Shown: positions 1 through 11,829, counted from the first letter of the stretch. The stretch is 61,891 nt of DNA from Candidatus Terraquivivens tengchongensis (GCA_023261845.1 JALNJZ010000008.1:1-61891), one strand, 5' to 3'. Notes: a model not told the origin generated them from the letters alone. Translations and numbers: made by a program.

Positions 1-35
1 GGCCCGTATACTTAACCGGACTATACTACCGGAGC
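1..35 (-). tRNA. 5' half of a tRNA, probably tRNA-Glu; truncated by window edge
   Basis: Reverse complement GCTCCGG-TA-GTAT-AGTCCGGTTAA-GTAT-A-CGGGC-C gives acceptor 5' strand, D-arm and anticodon-stem 5' strand resembling archaeal tRNA-Glu; anticodon lies off-window. Confidence 0.7.
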
Positions 36-182
36 TGCAGAATAGTTTTATAAGCGTCCACAAATTAAGCGTTTCGTCATTAAAAACTACAAAATCGCTC
101 GGATACGGCGTAATTATGACTAAACCTTAATATTTTGCTTACTCTGGTAAATTTCTCAGAAACTGTTGAGAGGTGATATTAT

Positions 183-1808
183 ATGTCTATGACAAGGCAA
201 CCCATCTTAATACTAAAAGAAGGGACTCAAAGGACAAGGGGCAGACCAGCCCAGCACAATAACATCTTGGCAGCTAAGATAATTGCTGAGATGGTCAAGA
301 GTACGCTTGGGCCGAAGGGAATGGATAAGATGTTGGTGGATAGTCTAGGCGACGTCGTTGTCACGAACGACGGTGCAACTATTCTCAAGAAGATAGATGT
401 TGAGCACCCTGCTGCTAAGATGATAGTAGAGGTTGCAAAGGCGCAGGACGAAACAGTTGGTGATGGTACGACCACCGCGGTTATCCTGGCGGGTGAGCTC
501 CTGAAAAAGGCCGAGGAACTCATGGAGCAGAAAATCCACCCGAGTACAATAATTAGCGGCTACAGAAAGGCACTAGACGTCGCTTATAGGGCCCTTCAGG
601 ACATAACGTTAACCGTAGACCTAAAAGACAAGAACACAATCAAGAACGTCGTAAAGACCGCACTTAGTAGCAAATCGCTAGGGTATGCATTAGACCATAT
701 AGCCGACCTAGCAATAGAGTCCGTACTCTCTGTCGTAAAGGAAAGGGACGGTAAGTTAGTAGCTGATAAAGATGACATACAAATCGTGAAGAAAGTCGGC
801 AAGAGCCTCATGGAGTCTGAGCTTGTAAGGGGCATTGTGATAGACAAAGAGGTCGTACATCCTGCAATGCCGAAGAGGGTGGAGAACGCCAAGATAGCGC
901 TACTTGACACACCGCTGGAGATAGAAAAGACAGAGTTCAGCGCCGAGATTAGGATCAGAGATCCATCCAAGATAAAGGCATTCTTAGACGAGGAGACCAA
1001 CATACTTAAAGAGATGGTTGACAAGATAGTTTCTGTTGGCGCAAACATTGTGGTATGTCAGAAGGGCATAGATGATGCTGCTCAGTTCTTCTTAGCAAAG
1101 GCTGGCATACTCGCCGTAAGACGTGTTAAGAGGTCCGACATGGAAAAGTTGGCAAAAGCTACAGGAGGAAGAATAGTCACCAATATCGAAAGCCTCACTG
1201 AAAAAGACTTAGGAAGAGCCGGATTAGTGGAAGAGAGGAAGATAGGCGAGGATCGGCTAGTGTTCGTGGAAAAGTGCGAGAATCCTGGTGCAGTTTCCAT
1301 ACTGATTCGCGCTGGCCTGGAGAGGCAGATGGACGAAGCTGAGAGGGCATTAAACGATGCCATCATGAACGTCATCAATCTTGTGGAAAATAACAAGATA
1401 GTACCGGGTGGTGGTGCCGCGGAGGTAGAAATAGCCAAGGCTATACGAAGAGAGATGGGTAAGCTAACGGGCAAGGAGCAGCTAGCATTCCTTGCCTTTG
1501 CTGATGCGGTAGAAGTTATACCGAGGACGCTCGCAGAGAATGCAGGTCTCGAGCCTGTTGAGATAATGGCCTCACTGAGACATGCCCACGAGAACAACGG
1601 CAAGAGTTATGGTATTAATCTCTTCGCTGGCAAGGTTGATGATATGTTGAAGCTAGGCGTCCTAGAACCATTGAGGGTCAAAGAGAATGCATTGAAATCG
1701 TCTTTGGAGGCGGCCGCGATGATATTGCGTATCGATGACGTTGTCGCCGCTTCAAGGAAGAAGTTTACGGAGAAGAAGAGCGAAGAGGAGAAGAAGGGCG
1801 AGACTTAA
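183..1808 (+). CDS. ths: Thermosome (group II chaperonin) subunit
   Basis: [20 protein letters not shown] and GDGTTT motifs; 541 aa. Confidence 0.97.
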   Translation: MSMTRQPILILKEGTQRTRGRPAQHNNILAAKIIAEMVKSTLGPKGMDKMLVDSLGDVVVTNDGATILKKIDVEHPAAKMIVEVAKAQDETVGDGTTTAVILAGELLKKAEELMEQKIHPSTIISGYRKALDVAYRALQDITLTVDLKDKNTIKNVVKTALSSKSLGYALDHIADLAIESVLSVVKERDGKLVADKDDIQIVKKVGKSLMESELVRGIVIDKEVVHPAMPKRVENAKIALLDTPLEIEKTEFSAEIRIRDPSKIKAFLDEETNILKEMVDKIVSVGANIVVCQKGIDDAAQFFLAKAGILAVRRVKRSDMEKLAKATGGRIVTNIESLTEKDLGRAGLVEERKIGEDRLVFVEKCENPGAVSILIRAGLERQMDEAERALNDAIMNVINLVENNKIVPGGGAAEVEIAKAIRREMGKLTGKEQLAFLAFADAVEVIPRTLAENAGLEPVEIMASLRHAHENNGKSYGINLFAGKVDDMLKLGVLEPLRVKENALKSSLEAAAMILRIDDVVAASRKKFTEKKSEEEKKGET

Positions 1809-1815
1809 TAAAAAT

Positions 1816-2238
1816 TTATAATTTTTGCATTTTTATTGTTAAAACCCCATTTTTATACGATTTGTCAACCAATTCCACTTTATGAGGTAAAACCACGGTC
1901 TTTCTAAAACCACTGCCGCTTTTTATGATTATGCGCTTACCTAACACCAATACTTTTACATCATCTTCAGGACCTGGAACTTGCGCAATTATGCTTATGT
2001 AATTTCCATCGTATAACACTTCGTATATGAAATCCCTTAATCCTGACTTTTTGAGCATCTTACGAATCTCCTTTATCCAATAGAACAAGATGAATACGGT
2101 GACTGATACCAGCACAATCCCTACAAATCCTCTATGCATTCTAAGAGCGAATACAATAACCACTATCATAAGCACTGTTAAAAGCATTATTGTCACAGGT
2201 CTAAACTCCTGAACTCTACGGTCCTTGCTAGTCTGCAT
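1816..2238 (-). CDS. Membrane-anchored Hsp20/alpha-crystallin-like protein
   Basis: Two N-terminal hydrophobic helices; C-terminal IIAQVPG...SYKNGVLTIKM resembles the sHsp signature. Confidence 0.6.
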   Translation of the reverse strand: MQTSKDRRVQEFRPVTIMLLTVLMIVVIVFALRMHRGFVGIVLVSVTVFILFYWIKEIRKMLKKSGLRDFIYEVLYDGNYISIIAQVPGPEDDVKVLVLGKRIIIKSGSGFRKTVVLPHKVELVDKSYKNGVLTIKMQKL

Positions 2239-2251
2239 ACTTTACACCCAA

Positions 2252-5059
2252 CTACTCTAAAACAATAGATATGTAATGCAATTCTACTATCCCATTTTCT
2301 ACTATAATAACACCGTAGTTAATAACATTATCCTCTACCCACTCTAGAATCCTCTTTTCTGTCCATCTTTTTATAAAGGCCTGAACCAGATCCTCTACTT
2401 TTTTATAATCCTCGACCAACTTTACACTTACTTTACCTTCAAGGAAAACCAAGTGGGCGTTTATCTTTTCGGGCCTCATTACGGTAATGTTTGCGTGTTC
2501 GAGTAATGTAGAAACAAACTCCTTAATGTTGGAAATCATTTGTTCTTTTCCCGTAATCTCGGGAGGGAGTGTTTCCAATCCTGCCAACTTTGACAAAAAT
2601 GCTCTGAACGCACTCTCAGGCGTAGACCCAAGACCCACATAGTATTCGCCAGTAAAGGCAGCTCCCACGACGGCTACCGTACCGATTGTTGTTATAACAC
2701 CCTCTGCTGGCGCAGTATATACTGGAATGAAGTAAACTGGATAATCACCGATTTGGTATAGTATATTATCGCCTATCCTTGGGTTTCTGAGCAACGTCTC
2801 CATCTGTTTAAAGACTGGGTCCCTTCTTAGGGCTTCGATTGCTGCCGTTGGACCTAAAAGCTTAACTACGGACTCTAAAGGGACTTTATAGACGATTACC
2901 TCGCCGAGATGGGGGTAATCGTTTCTTACCACAGCATAGCCTGCAAGATTCTTTCCTAAAGCGCCTTTAAGCTGTAAAGAAAGTATGCCAATGAACTCTA
3001 TGTCTTCAAAGCCAGGCGGTTGCGCGTATATAAAGTAAGTCTCAAGTCCTTCAGGGATTTCGAAAAACTCCCTTGCACCTATAAATGTAGCGGGGTCCCT
3101 AACATGGTACTTGTTGTACACACCAATCCTCCATTCAAATAACTCAACAGGATATCTGGTTTGTTTATATAACCATACAGGCATTTCTGTGCTAACATAT
3201 TCAGCATAAAGGTTTTTGAATAACTCGCTGAAGAAATCATCACCTATTACTACGAGTTGTATTGTTCCATCATAGACATCTATCAATGCATAGCCAACAA
3301 AGCGTGCAAAGAGCTCGCCCCTACTCCATGGCACATTTTCAGCAGACGTCCTAAAAATGAGTGGCATTAACCAGTAGGTCTTTTCACCATCCGTCACCGG
3401 AAACATATCAATTGGCACGCTGTTCCATTCATACGAGAAGTAGGGGAATAGGAGTTTCATCCTATCGTATACATCCTTATACCTTATTATGTGAACAGTT
3501 TTATCGGGATATGATAACATGAACGTTACATCAAACAACCAGCTCAACGGCGGCTGAACATCCACACCACCTTTCCCTGAGTAGAAATGTCCACCAACCT
3601 CTTTGCTCGTTTCTTCACCAATAACATGAGCTGACCATGTGGTCGAAAGTAAACCTCCCTCTCCATAGTAGACTCTACGTTGTTTGAAAAATTTGCTAGA
3701 ATCTTCAATCGTTCCGTCATGCGCATTCAGTAAAAGGAAGCCATTTGGTACGTGCGTGTAAACCATGTGCTCGTTGAACCAACGGTCTTCAGGTCTCACG
3801 AACTCTGGCAGTATCGGCTTCATGGATGCACTCCAGTAAAGTGTATCGTTGAATCTTATTATGTCAGAATCTTCGAAGTCAACATATGGTATAAGACCTA
3901 TCTCCGGTTTAAGCTTCGTGAATGCCGCGTCCCAATCCCATAGCCTAATTTTTGATAAAATGTTTCTATTTTTTTCAACGTACAGGGATATTGTCTCTTG
4001 ACGTATTTCTTTTATAGAAAAATTATATGATAATTCCTTAATCTTATCAAGCTCTGCAAGATAACGGTTTACTGATATTTCTTGGACGACATAAGGACCC
4101 AACCACTCTACCCTTCTTGCATCCGCTATGCTGTTCTGTATGGCGATAACCGATCCTGCTAACAGAGCAACGAGTACTATGGCCCCTATTCTTACGTAAA
4201 TGTTTCCCAGCTTGCCCAACCTATGAGAGTCAATGTATGCATAAATCGCGAACAATGTCGCAATGGTTATTGTTGCTATGAGAGTTATTTTTGTGTTATA
4301 GTCGATATACGTTGTGAAGAACGAATTAAAAGCGGTCCAGAAGAGTCCAACAGCTATTAGCGCCTCTATTGTAGCAATTGGTATTATGACCCTACCTTCC
4401 TCCAAATACTTTACGATTGACGTACTAATGCTTTTGACGAACTGTGTGAGACCTACTAGAACGACAAGTCTAACTCCTACTGCGCTGAATATTGGAGGTA
4501 TGATAAGCAGCAGTGTCGGAAGTGCTGGTATTACCATACTTTGGGCAAATGCCTCGTCAGTAGGAGGGGTGATGAATGGTAAAAGGAATATCCTCCAAAC
4601 CTCAATTAGCTTTGGGTCCCACCCACTCAGCATTGCTAATACCGACATACCGAAGAGCGTATTCGTGAAAAATACCGTCCCCACTATCGTCTTCGTTATC
4701 TGCCATACTACAAAATTGCGTACGTTCATCCTGAAGTTTGAAAAATCTATCAAATCGAGATGGATTACGCCAGGGCTTTTGACGATGTTTATGAGCAACC
4801 TGAAGAACCAAAAAAGAAGCGATCTTCTATTCTTAAAATCGACCCTAAAGAAGGCTATTGTCGAAAGCACTAGGCCACCAACCAGCGCATAGTAGAATGG
4901 TCTTATGAAAAGTTCGCCGAACTCTATGAAGTTTAAAAATAAGTTAACAATCTGATTGCCTATTATGAAAAACATCAGCAGTATTATTATCGCCGTTATT
5001 ATCCTAATTGTCCACTTTCTTGACGATGTCCTTCTATTTGGGTAATACGCAGTCCGCAT
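2252..5059 (-). CDS. UPF0182 family membrane protein
   Basis: 935 aa, multi-TM N-half, IRLWD, HMVYTH, RVYYGE and DVYDG motifs. Confidence 0.8.
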   Translation of the reverse strand: MRTAYYPNRRTSSRKWTIRIITAIIILLMFFIIGNQIVNLFLNFIEFGELFIRPFYYALVGGLVLSTIAFFRVDFKNRRSLLFWFFRLLINIVKSPGVIHLDLIDFSNFRMNVRNFVVWQITKTIVGTVFFTNTLFGMSVLAMLSGWDPKLIEVWRIFLLPFITPPTDEAFAQSMVIPALPTLLLIIPPIFSAVGVRLVVLVGLTQFVKSISTSIVKYLEEGRVIIPIATIEALIAVGLFWTAFNSFFTTYIDYNTKITLIATITIATLFAIYAYIDSHRLGKLGNIYVRIGAIVLVALLAGSVIAIQNSIADARRVEWLGPYVVQEISVNRYLAELDKIKELSYNFSIKEIRQETISLYVEKNRNILSKIRLWDWDAAFTKLKPEIGLIPYVDFEDSDIIRFNDTLYWSASMKPILPEFVRPEDRWFNEHMVYTHVPNGFLLLNAHDGTIEDSSKFFKQRRVYYGEGGLLSTTWSAHVIGEETSKEVGGHFYSGKGGVDVQPPLSWLFDVTFMLSYPDKTVHIIRYKDVYDRMKLLFPYFSYEWNSVPIDMFPVTDGEKTYWLMPLIFRTSAENVPWSRGELFARFVGYALIDVYDGTIQLVVIGDDFFSELFKNLYAEYVSTEMPVWLYKQTRYPVELFEWRIGVYNKYHVRDPATFIGAREFFEIPEGLETYFIYAQPPGFEDIEFIGILSLQLKGALGKNLAGYAVVRNDYPHLGEVIVYKVPLESVVKLLGPTAAIEALRRDPVFKQMETLLRNPRIGDNILYQIGDYPVYFIPVYTAPAEGVITTIGTVAVVGAAFTGEYYVGLGSTPESAFRAFLSKLAGLETLPPEITGKEQMISNIKEFVSTLLEHANITVMRPEKINAHLVFLEGKVSVKLVEDYKKVEDLVQAFIKRWTEKRILEWVEDNVINYGVIIVENGIVELHYISIVLE

Positions 5060-5090
5060 GCAACTCGAGTTTATTTATTTATTGGTGACT

Positions 5091-5888
5091 TTAAACTTTT
5101 TTTACGGCATGCGCGCTGTTCCAAAGGTAATCAAAGTAGTCCCTAGCAAACTTTGCTAAGCTCGTATGTTCTGACCATATAGCTATGGCTGGTCTCTTTC
5201 CATTTTCAGCTGCAAATATTATCATAACTTCCTTCAAATCGCGGATTGCACCGCAACCAAACATATGCTCCCTGATTCTGACCTCTGCAACCTCAACCAA
5301 CTTCTTTAATATCTGCTGCTCAATATCTGATGTTAGCATTATTTGTACTCTGCCGTTCTTTCCTTTGATTGTTATAAAAAACGGTAACAATGTACGCAAG
5401 AGCTCCTTAGGAAGAATTGGTGTTGCTAATAAAAGCTCTCGCTCACAATTAGCGATGAGCTCCTTTAGCTTGGTTAAAATATTCTGCTCTCCTCTTAATA
5501 TCCAGATGTCTGACTTTTCCTTAGCCCACCTATTCTCGAAGATTGGTATGAGTTCGGATATTATTATATCACTATTTTGTTGGAGTTTTTCTTCAAGTTT
5601 CAACTTCATAGTTTCGACAGCTGTAATCGGGGATTTTGCGTGATACTTTGCAGGTCTTCCGCCCTCTACTTCAATCCATCCTTTCTCCTCCAAGCTTCCT
5701 AAAACTTCGTAAATTTTCGAATAAGGTATCTCAGCTATGTTGCTCAGCTCGCTAGCGGTCAACGGACCCATTTGGATAAGCGGAAGGTATGCCCTAATTT
5801 CGTAATCCGTAAGGCCTAGGTTTTGCATCGCCTTCCTGACTCTTTCACTGATAGTCATATTGCTGCCTGTCTTTTCAGACCAGCTCAT
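5091..5888 (-). CDS. TrmB family transcriptional regulator
   Basis: LGLTDYEIRAY...IPYSKIYEVLGSLEEKGWI wHTH plus TrmB effector domain; start likely ATG 5888 or 5858 rather than 6011. Confidence 0.88.
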   Translation of the reverse strand: MSWSEKTGSNMTISERVRKAMQNLGLTDYEIRAYLPLIQMGPLTASELSNIAEIPYSKIYEVLGSLEEKGWIEVEGGRPAKYHAKSPITAVETMKLKLEEKLQQNSDIIISELIPIFENRWAKEKSDIWILRGEQNILTKLKELIANCERELLLATPILPKELLRTLLPFFITIKGKNGRVQIMLTSDIEQQILKKLVEVAEVRIREHMFGCGAIRDLKEVMIIFAAENGKRPAIAIWSEHTSLAKFARDYFDYLWNSAHAVKKV

Positions 5889-6015
5889 ATGTTCATAAAT
5901 CTTAATGAATGCCACCTTATATCTGCTTCTTAGTTGCTGAAGGTTCTTTCGAAAGGCTTTATGACGCTCTTTACCTTGAGAGTCATAAAATAACCTACTG
6001 TTGAAAATCACAACA

Positions 6016-8307
6016 CTAATCGCTTAATCTGGCTGCGATCACTGCTTGACCGAGTGAGAGCCCACCATCACCGGGCGGGATCCTTGTATTTGTGTAGAAT
6101 CTAAAACCTTTTGCTTCGATCGTTCGTCGTATTGTTGTCGTTATTTGTTCGTTGTATGCCACACCACCCGTGAAAACAATGTTTTTTACACATTCGCTGG
6201 TTGCTATTTCTAAGGCAAGTTCGGCCAAGCCTAGTGCCAAATAATTCTGGGCTGAGAAGGCAAGGTCTCTCACCTTTTTTGAATTTAAACCCTTCATTGC
6301 CATTTCTGTAATCGATTCTACCATGTACCTTGTGTTCAAGACCCTGCCTTTTATTTCCGGCTTCAGTCCTAAGATGTCTGAGCCACCTATCGCTACAGAT
6401 TCGAGCTTCATAGCAGGCTCACCTTCGTAGGTTCTCTCATAGCATATGCCCAATATGGCTGCAACACTATCCAAAACCCTACCAGCGCTTGAAGTCTTTA
6501 TGTTTTTTCCATTCTTAATCTGTTTTAATACTATTTCTGCTTCGTCTCTACCTCTTGGAAGCTTATCAGTATTCGAAAATAACCACTCCTCACATATATC
6601 TGATCCGAACAATATACCCGCGGCCATCCTTGCTGGATACTTTGCGGCTAGGTCGCCGCCTGGCATTGGGTGATTTTCCAAATGTCCCAAGCGACGGAAA
6701 ACATTACCATCGCATAAAAGAACCTCACCACCCCACGCCAAACCATCGCTACCGTACCCGAATCCGTCGCATGCTATTCCTATGACTTCCTCCAACCCAT
6801 GCTCTACCATTACCGAGGCAACATGCGCATGGTGATGTTGGACAGGTATTGTTGGTATCTTAAACTTTTCAGCCAATTCTTTTGCTAGCCTAGTTGTCTG
6901 GAATCCTGGATGTAGATCATGAGCTATTACCTCTGGTTGTGCTCTGATAAGCTTAGCTAAATAATGTACTGCAGACTTCAAAAATTCGTAAGTTTCTACA
7001 CATTCTACGTCGCCAATATGCTGCGTTAAGAACGCCTTATCACCCATGAGGATACAAGCGGTAACGTTGAGCTCACCTCCCAAAGCAAAGACGTTTTTAC
7101 TGTACTCATGCGATAAGACGATTGGCTCTGGTGCGTAACCCCTCGAACGGCGTATAAAGCTGACAGACCCGTCAACTAACCTTACAACAGAATCGTCACA
7201 TCGGTTAACGATTTCTCGGTTGTGGAGAAGCATATAATCAACATCCTTTCCGATTCTTGAATAGGCCTCTTGATTTTGTATAACTATCGGCTCACCTGAC
7301 GGGTTTGCGCTTGTCATCACGTATGCCGGCTCCTTACTGTTAAGCAGTAGAAGAAGATGTAGGCCAGTATACGGTAGCATTACACCTACATTGTGAAGGC
7401 CTGGCGCTATCTCCTCAGATAGATAGTAGTCCTCACTTTTGCGTAATAAAACAATAGGGCGTGCTGGGGATGTGAGCAATGCTTCCTCTTGGTTACTAAC
7501 GATTGCAAAAGACTTTACGGTCTTCAAATCTTTAGCCATTATTGCAAAAGGCTTTTGTCGCCTATGCTTAACTTTCCTAAGCCTTATTATAGGTTCTGAA
7601 ATTGTTGTTGCCGTTGCTACGTGGAAGCCACCATTCCCCTTTATTGCCACTATGTATCCTTCATCGATAAGCTTAGCAGCTTCCTTTATCGGTTCTTTAC
7701 ATGCGATCAATTCTCCATTGTTGGTTGTTAAATAAACCATCGGACCGCACTTAGGGCATGCAATCGTTTGGGCGTGAAACCTCCTGTTCAAAGGATCATT
7801 ATATTCAGAACTACACAATTCGCACATCGGAAAATCTCTCATGGATGTATTTTGCCTGTCGTACGGTGTGTCTAATATGGCAGTGAATCTTGGTCCACAA
7901 TTCGTGCATGTTATAAAGAAGTAGCCGAATCTTCTATCAGTAGGATTTAGGAGCTCTTTAACACAATCATCACATATCGCCACATCCGCTGGTATCACAG
8001 AGCCCGTGACTAGGCTTTGCTCCGAACTCTTTAGTATCTCAAAACTCATGAACTCGTTCTTTGACTCTGAATAGCTTATATCGATCTTGGTTATATGAGC
8101 TAAAGGCGGCTTCTCCTTAACTAGAGCGTCCAAGAAAGATTTTATATCCAGTTCGGGTCCTTCTACGATTATCCTAACGGATGCGTCCTTTAGATTCTGG
8201 ACAAATCCTTTAAGCCCCCTGCTAACTGCGATTCTATAAACGAATGGTCTAAAGCCCACTCCTTGAACTATGCCTGAAACCCTGACTTCAGCCCTAACTT
8301 TTTCCAT
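6016..8307 (-). CDS. hypF: Carbamoyltransferase HypF
   Basis: Acylphosphatase GIVQGVGFRPF, two Zn fingers, HDLHP, QHHHAH, PPGDGGLSLGQ. Confidence 0.97.
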   Translation of the reverse strand: MEKVRAEVRVSGIVQGVGFRPFVYRIAVSRGLKGFVQNLKDASVRIIVEGPELDIKSFLDALVKEKPPLAHITKIDISYSESKNEFMSFEILKSSEQSLVTGSVIPADVAICDDCVKELLNPTDRRFGYFFITCTNCGPRFTAILDTPYDRQNTSMRDFPMCELCSSEYNDPLNRRFHAQTIACPKCGPMVYLTTNNGELIACKEPIKEAAKLIDEGYIVAIKGNGGFHVATATTISEPIIRLRKVKHRRQKPFAIMAKDLKTVKSFAIVSNQEEALLTSPARPIVLLRKSEDYYLSEEIAPGLHNVGVMLPYTGLHLLLLLNSKEPAYVMTSANPSGEPIVIQNQEAYSRIGKDVDYMLLHNREIVNRCDDSVVRLVDGSVSFIRRSRGYAPEPIVLSHEYSKNVFALGGELNVTACILMGDKAFLTQHIGDVECVETYEFLKSAVHYLAKLIRAQPEVIAHDLHPGFQTTRLAKELAEKFKIPTIPVQHHHAHVASVMVEHGLEEVIGIACDGFGYGSDGLAWGGEVLLCDGNVFRRLGHLENHPMPGGDLAAKYPARMAAGILFGSDICEEWLFSNTDKLPRGRDEAEIVLKQIKNGKNIKTSSAGRVLDSVAAILGICYERTYEGEPAMKLESVAIGGSDILGLKPEIKGRVLNTRYMVESITEMAMKGLNSKKVRDLAFSAQNYLALGLAELALEIATSECVKNIVFTGGVAYNEQITTTIRRTIEAKGFRFYTNTRIPPGDGGLSLGQAVIAARLSD

Positions 8308-8442
8308 CTACCATATTAGATCTCTTCAATCCATAACATATACTAGACGTCATTTAATGTCAAGTGATAATTAAAGTATTTACTTCATTAGTTTTTATAA
8401 GACGTTTATTACAAATATACTTGAAAGTTAAATTTAAGGAAT

Positions 8443-8973
8443 TTGCTTTTTTATTTAATTGGAGGTTGGATCTTTACGTTCAAATTCTCCTTGGAAGATG
8501 CGGTAAAAGAGCTCAGGCCGCAATTATGTTATCAGTGTATGAAGTGCTCCAGTGGATGTACGGCCGCAAAGGTCGTTAACAACTACAGACCCCATGAGAT
8601 AGTCGCCCTAGTGAAAGCAGGCTATTCTGACGAACTTATAAATAGCGACGTGATATGGGCATGCTCAGTTTGCTTAAAGTGCGTAGAATACTGTCCCCAG
8701 AGGGTCTCACCGTTTGAAGTGGTGATGGCACTCAGGAACGAGTCTATCGCAAGGGGGAGGGTGCCTCCGAAATCTTTCGTGGAAATGGCAAAATCCGTAT
8801 TGAAGGTTGGCCACATCCAAGAACCCATGTACATAATGTCAAAGGATTTTGAGGAAGTTTCTAGGATGGAGCTGGGCTTACCAGAGATGCCAAAACCGAA
8901 AGATTTTGAAAAATTTAAACAACACGTCTTGTTGGTAGGTTTTGAGAAATTAAAGGAGGTTATCCGAGTATGA
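8443..8973 (+). CDS. hdrC: Heterodisulfide reductase subunit C (start uncertain)
   Basis: Two CxxCxxCxxxC motifs (CYQCMKCSSGC; CSVCLKCVEYCP); directly upstream of hdrB. Confidence 0.9.
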   Translation: MLFYLIGGWIFTFKFSLEDAVKELRPQLCYQCMKCSSGCTAAKVVNNYRPHEIVALVKAGYSDELINSDVIWACSVCLKCVEYCPQRVSPFEVVMALRNESIARGRVPPKSFVEMAKSVLKVGHIQEPMYIMSKDFEEVSRMELGLPEMPKPKDFEKFKQHVLLVGFEKLKEVIRV

Positions 8974-9845
8974 AGTTCTTACTTTATTTGGGTTGTACTA
9001 CTGCGACGAAGCAATACGGTTATGAACTCTCGCTGAGGGCCACGTTACCATTGTTGGGCGTAGAGCTAGAGCATCCTAAAGACATGAACTGTTGTGGGGT
9101 TCCGATGAAGGGTATAAGCAAGTTTTATCCGTATTATGCCTGTGCAAGGATTATGGCACTAGCTGAGTCGCAGGGTTTGGATATCATTGCGCCATGTAAT
9201 GGCTGTCACCTAAATTTAACGGAGACAATCTACAAGTTGAAGTTGAATCCGTTGCTTATGAGCGCAGTGAATGAACTTCTTAAAGAGGAGGGGCTGAAGT
9301 ATACGGGTAAAGCGATGGTGTATCATCCTGTAGAAATTTTACATGACAAGATAGGCATTGAAAAGATAACATCATCAATTAAGAGAAAGTTGCCAGAAAT
9401 ACCAGTTTCTTCTCATCCTGGTTGTCACCTAATCAGACCAACAGAATTCCCGAGACCAGAGACAAGAGATGGTCCACTCAAGCTGGATAGATTGATCGAA
9501 GCCATAGGTCTTAAGGCGAGGGATTATCCTGAAAAGTACGAATGTTGTGGAGCGGCTATACTTCCCTACTCGCCGGAGGCGGCGATAAAGACTGCAGCCT
9601 TCAGAATAAAAAGAGCATTGGCTGTAGGTTCGAAAGCAATAACCAGCTTATGTCCTTACTGTATAGATATGCTCGATGGAAAGCAAGATGCAGCTAAAAC
9701 AATAACCGGTGACCAAAACATTTCAATTCCAGCGCTTTATTATACGCAATTACTGGGCCTTGCATTAGGTTTGGATGAAAAAGAGCTTGGGATGAGCCTA
9801 AACATGAGTCCGGTCGAGGTTTTACTCGAGGAGGTGAAAGTCTGA
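8970..9845 (+). CDS. hdrB: Heterodisulfide reductase subunit B
   Basis: Two CCG domains: YLGC/NCCG/PCNGC and HPGCH/ECCG/LCPYC; YYTQLLGLALG C-terminus. Confidence 0.93.
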   Translation: MKFLLYLGCTTATKQYGYELSLRATLPLLGVELEHPKDMNCCGVPMKGISKFYPYYACARIMALAESQGLDIIAPCNGCHLNLTETIYKLKLNPLLMSAVNELLKEEGLKYTGKAMVYHPVEILHDKIGIEKITSSIKRKLPEIPVSSHPGCHLIRPTEFPRPETRDGPLKLDRLIEAIGLKARDYPEKYECCGAAILPYSPEAAIKTAAFRIKRALAVGSKAITSLCPYCIDMLDGKQDAAKTITGDQNISIPALYYTQLLGLALGLDEKELGMSLNMSPVEVLLEEVKV

Positions 9846-11824
9846 TGGTCGAGGATGAAGAAGTTAGAATAGGCGTTTATATATGTCATTGTGGTTTAAA
9901 CATAGCATCTGTAGTTGACGTAAAGAAAGCGGCTGAAGAAGTATCAAAAGTACCGAATGTTGTGGTTGCGAAGGACTACCAATTCATGTGCTCTCAACCA
10001 GGCCAGAATATAATAATTGAGGACATAAAGCAACATCGCCTTAACAGGGTCGTCGTGGCTGCCTGCTCACCTAGAATGCACGAACCAACGTTCCAGAAGG
10101 CTGTCGAAAGGGGCGGTCTTAACCCATACCTTTTCGAGATGGCTAATATAAGGGAGCATTGTTCTTGGGTTCACGAAAAGGAAAAAGTTGCTGCGACAGA
10201 AAAGGCCATCAAATTAGTTAAGGCTGCTATCGCTAAAGCTAGGCTGTTAAAGCCGTTAAAGAGGGAGAAAGTAAATGTGATACCAAGGGCGCTCGTCATA
10301 GGTGGTGGGATAGCCGGCATCAGAGCTTCGCTCGACATAGCAAATGCTGGCTTCGAGGTTCACTTAGTTGAGACGAGACCCAGCATAGGAGGGAACATGG
10401 CAAGGTTAGATAAGACTTTTCCAACACTTGACTGTTCTCAGTGCATACTAACACCTTTGATGGTAGAAGTAAGCAGACACCCAAACGTCACTCTTCACAC
10501 CTATACGGACGTTGTGAACATTGATGGTTCTGTCGGGAACTTTAAAGTTAAACTATTGAAGAAACCAAGGTACGTTGACGAGTCGAAATGTACTGGTTGT
10601 GGCACATGTATCACAAAATGTCCATGGACCGCGCCGAGTGAATTTGAGTTAGGACTTGGGAAGAGAAAGGCAATATATTTCGAATTCCCACAGGCCGTCC
10701 CGCTTATTCCTGTGATCGACCCTGAGCACTGTATGTATTTCCAGAAGGGAACATGTAGAGCTTGTGAGAAATTTTGTCCTACTAAGGCTATAGACTTCAA
10801 TCAAAAACCGGAAGAGATAGAGTTGGAAGTTGGAGCAATAATCTTAGCTACTGGATATAGTTTGTACGATGTCGCAAAAGCCATGTCAGAATACGGTTAT
10901 CGCAAGTATAAGGACGTAATCACCGGATTAGAATTAGAGAGGCTCGTCTCGGCCACAGGACCAACAAAAGGGCACATAGTCAGGCCAAGTGATGGGAAGG
11001 AGCCGAAAAAGGTTGCAATAATTCTTTGTGTTGGTTCGAGGGACGAAAAGCACCTCAGGTTCTGCTGCAGGTTTGGATGTGTAGCAGGAATAAAGCATGC
11101 CTATTACATAGTGAGTCACATACCGGACGCGGAAGTGTACATTTGTTACAGGGACATCAGGACCTTTGGGAAAGGTTACGAAGAGTTCTATGAGAGAATC
11201 AGGAATTACGAAAACATCAAGTTCATAAGAGGTAGCCCAATGGAGATATTACAAGATGCTGATGGAAGTCTCTACTTTGACGTGTTCGATGCAAACACAA
11301 ACAGAATCGTAACACTCAGGCCAGATCTCGTCGTCCTTGAGACCGGCATAGTTCCTCACCCGACGTTTAAAGAAGTGGCCAAGATACTTAAGTGTGCGGT
11401 AGGTCCAGACGGTTTTGCGTTAGAATTACATCCAAAGCTTAGGCCTACAGAGACATCGGTTGACGGGGTATTTTTGGCCGGTGCAGTGCAAGGACCAAAG
11501 GACATACCCGACACTGTAGCTCAGGCAGGTGCTGCGGCATCTTCAGTCATAGCATTGATGTCGAAGGGCTACGTAGAAACAATACCTTACGTCTCCTCGA
11601 TTAACGAGGACTTATGTAGCGGTTGTGGTATATGCCAGCCCTTATGTGCTTACGACGCAATATCTTTAGTTAAAAAAGAAGATGGGAAGCAAGTTGCAAA
11701 AGTTGACATAGGCAAGTGCAAGGGGTGTGGAGTGTGTGCAGCCGCATGTCCATCCGGAGCCGCCCAACAGCTTGGATTTAACGACGAGCAGATTTTGGCG
11801 ATGGTAAGGACACTTACGAGGTGA
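9845..11824 (+). CDS. hdrA: Heterodisulfide reductase subunit A (FAD, Fe-S)
   Basis: [34 protein letters not shown] motif, inserted and C-terminal ferredoxin domains; 659 aa. Confidence 0.97.
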   Translation: MVEDEEVRIGVYICHCGLNIASVVDVKKAAEEVSKVPNVVVAKDYQFMCSQPGQNIIIEDIKQHRLNRVVVAACSPRMHEPTFQKAVERGGLNPYLFEMANIREHCSWVHEKEKVAATEKAIKLVKAAIAKARLLKPLKREKVNVIPRALVIGGGIAGIRASLDIANAGFEVHLVETRPSIGGNMARLDKTFPTLDCSQCILTPLMVEVSRHPNVTLHTYTDVVNIDGSVGNFKVKLLKKPRYVDESKCTGCGTCITKCPWTAPSEFELGLGKRKAIYFEFPQAVPLIPVIDPEHCMYFQKGTCRACEKFCPTKAIDFNQKPEEIELEVGAIILATGYSLYDVAKAMSEYGYRKYKDVITGLELERLVSATGPTKGHIVRPSDGKEPKKVAIILCVGSRDEKHLRFCCRFGCVAGIKHAYYIVSHIPDAEVYICYRDIRTFGKGYEEFYERIRNYENIKFIRGSPMEILQDADGSLYFDVFDANTNRIVTLRPDLVVLETGIVPHPTFKEVAKILKCAVGPDGFALELHPKLRPTETSVDGVFLAGAVQGPKDIPDTVAQAGAAASSVIALMSKGYVETIPYVSSINEDLCSGCGICQPLCAYDAISLVKKEDGKQVAKVDIGKCKGCGVCAAACPSGAAQQLGFNDEQILAMVRTLTR

Positions 11825-11829
11825 TTAAA

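Noticed and set aside
8364-8579. 71-aa ORF overlapping the hdrC start
   Set aside because: Spans the AT-rich promoter region, no motif, out of frame with hdrC
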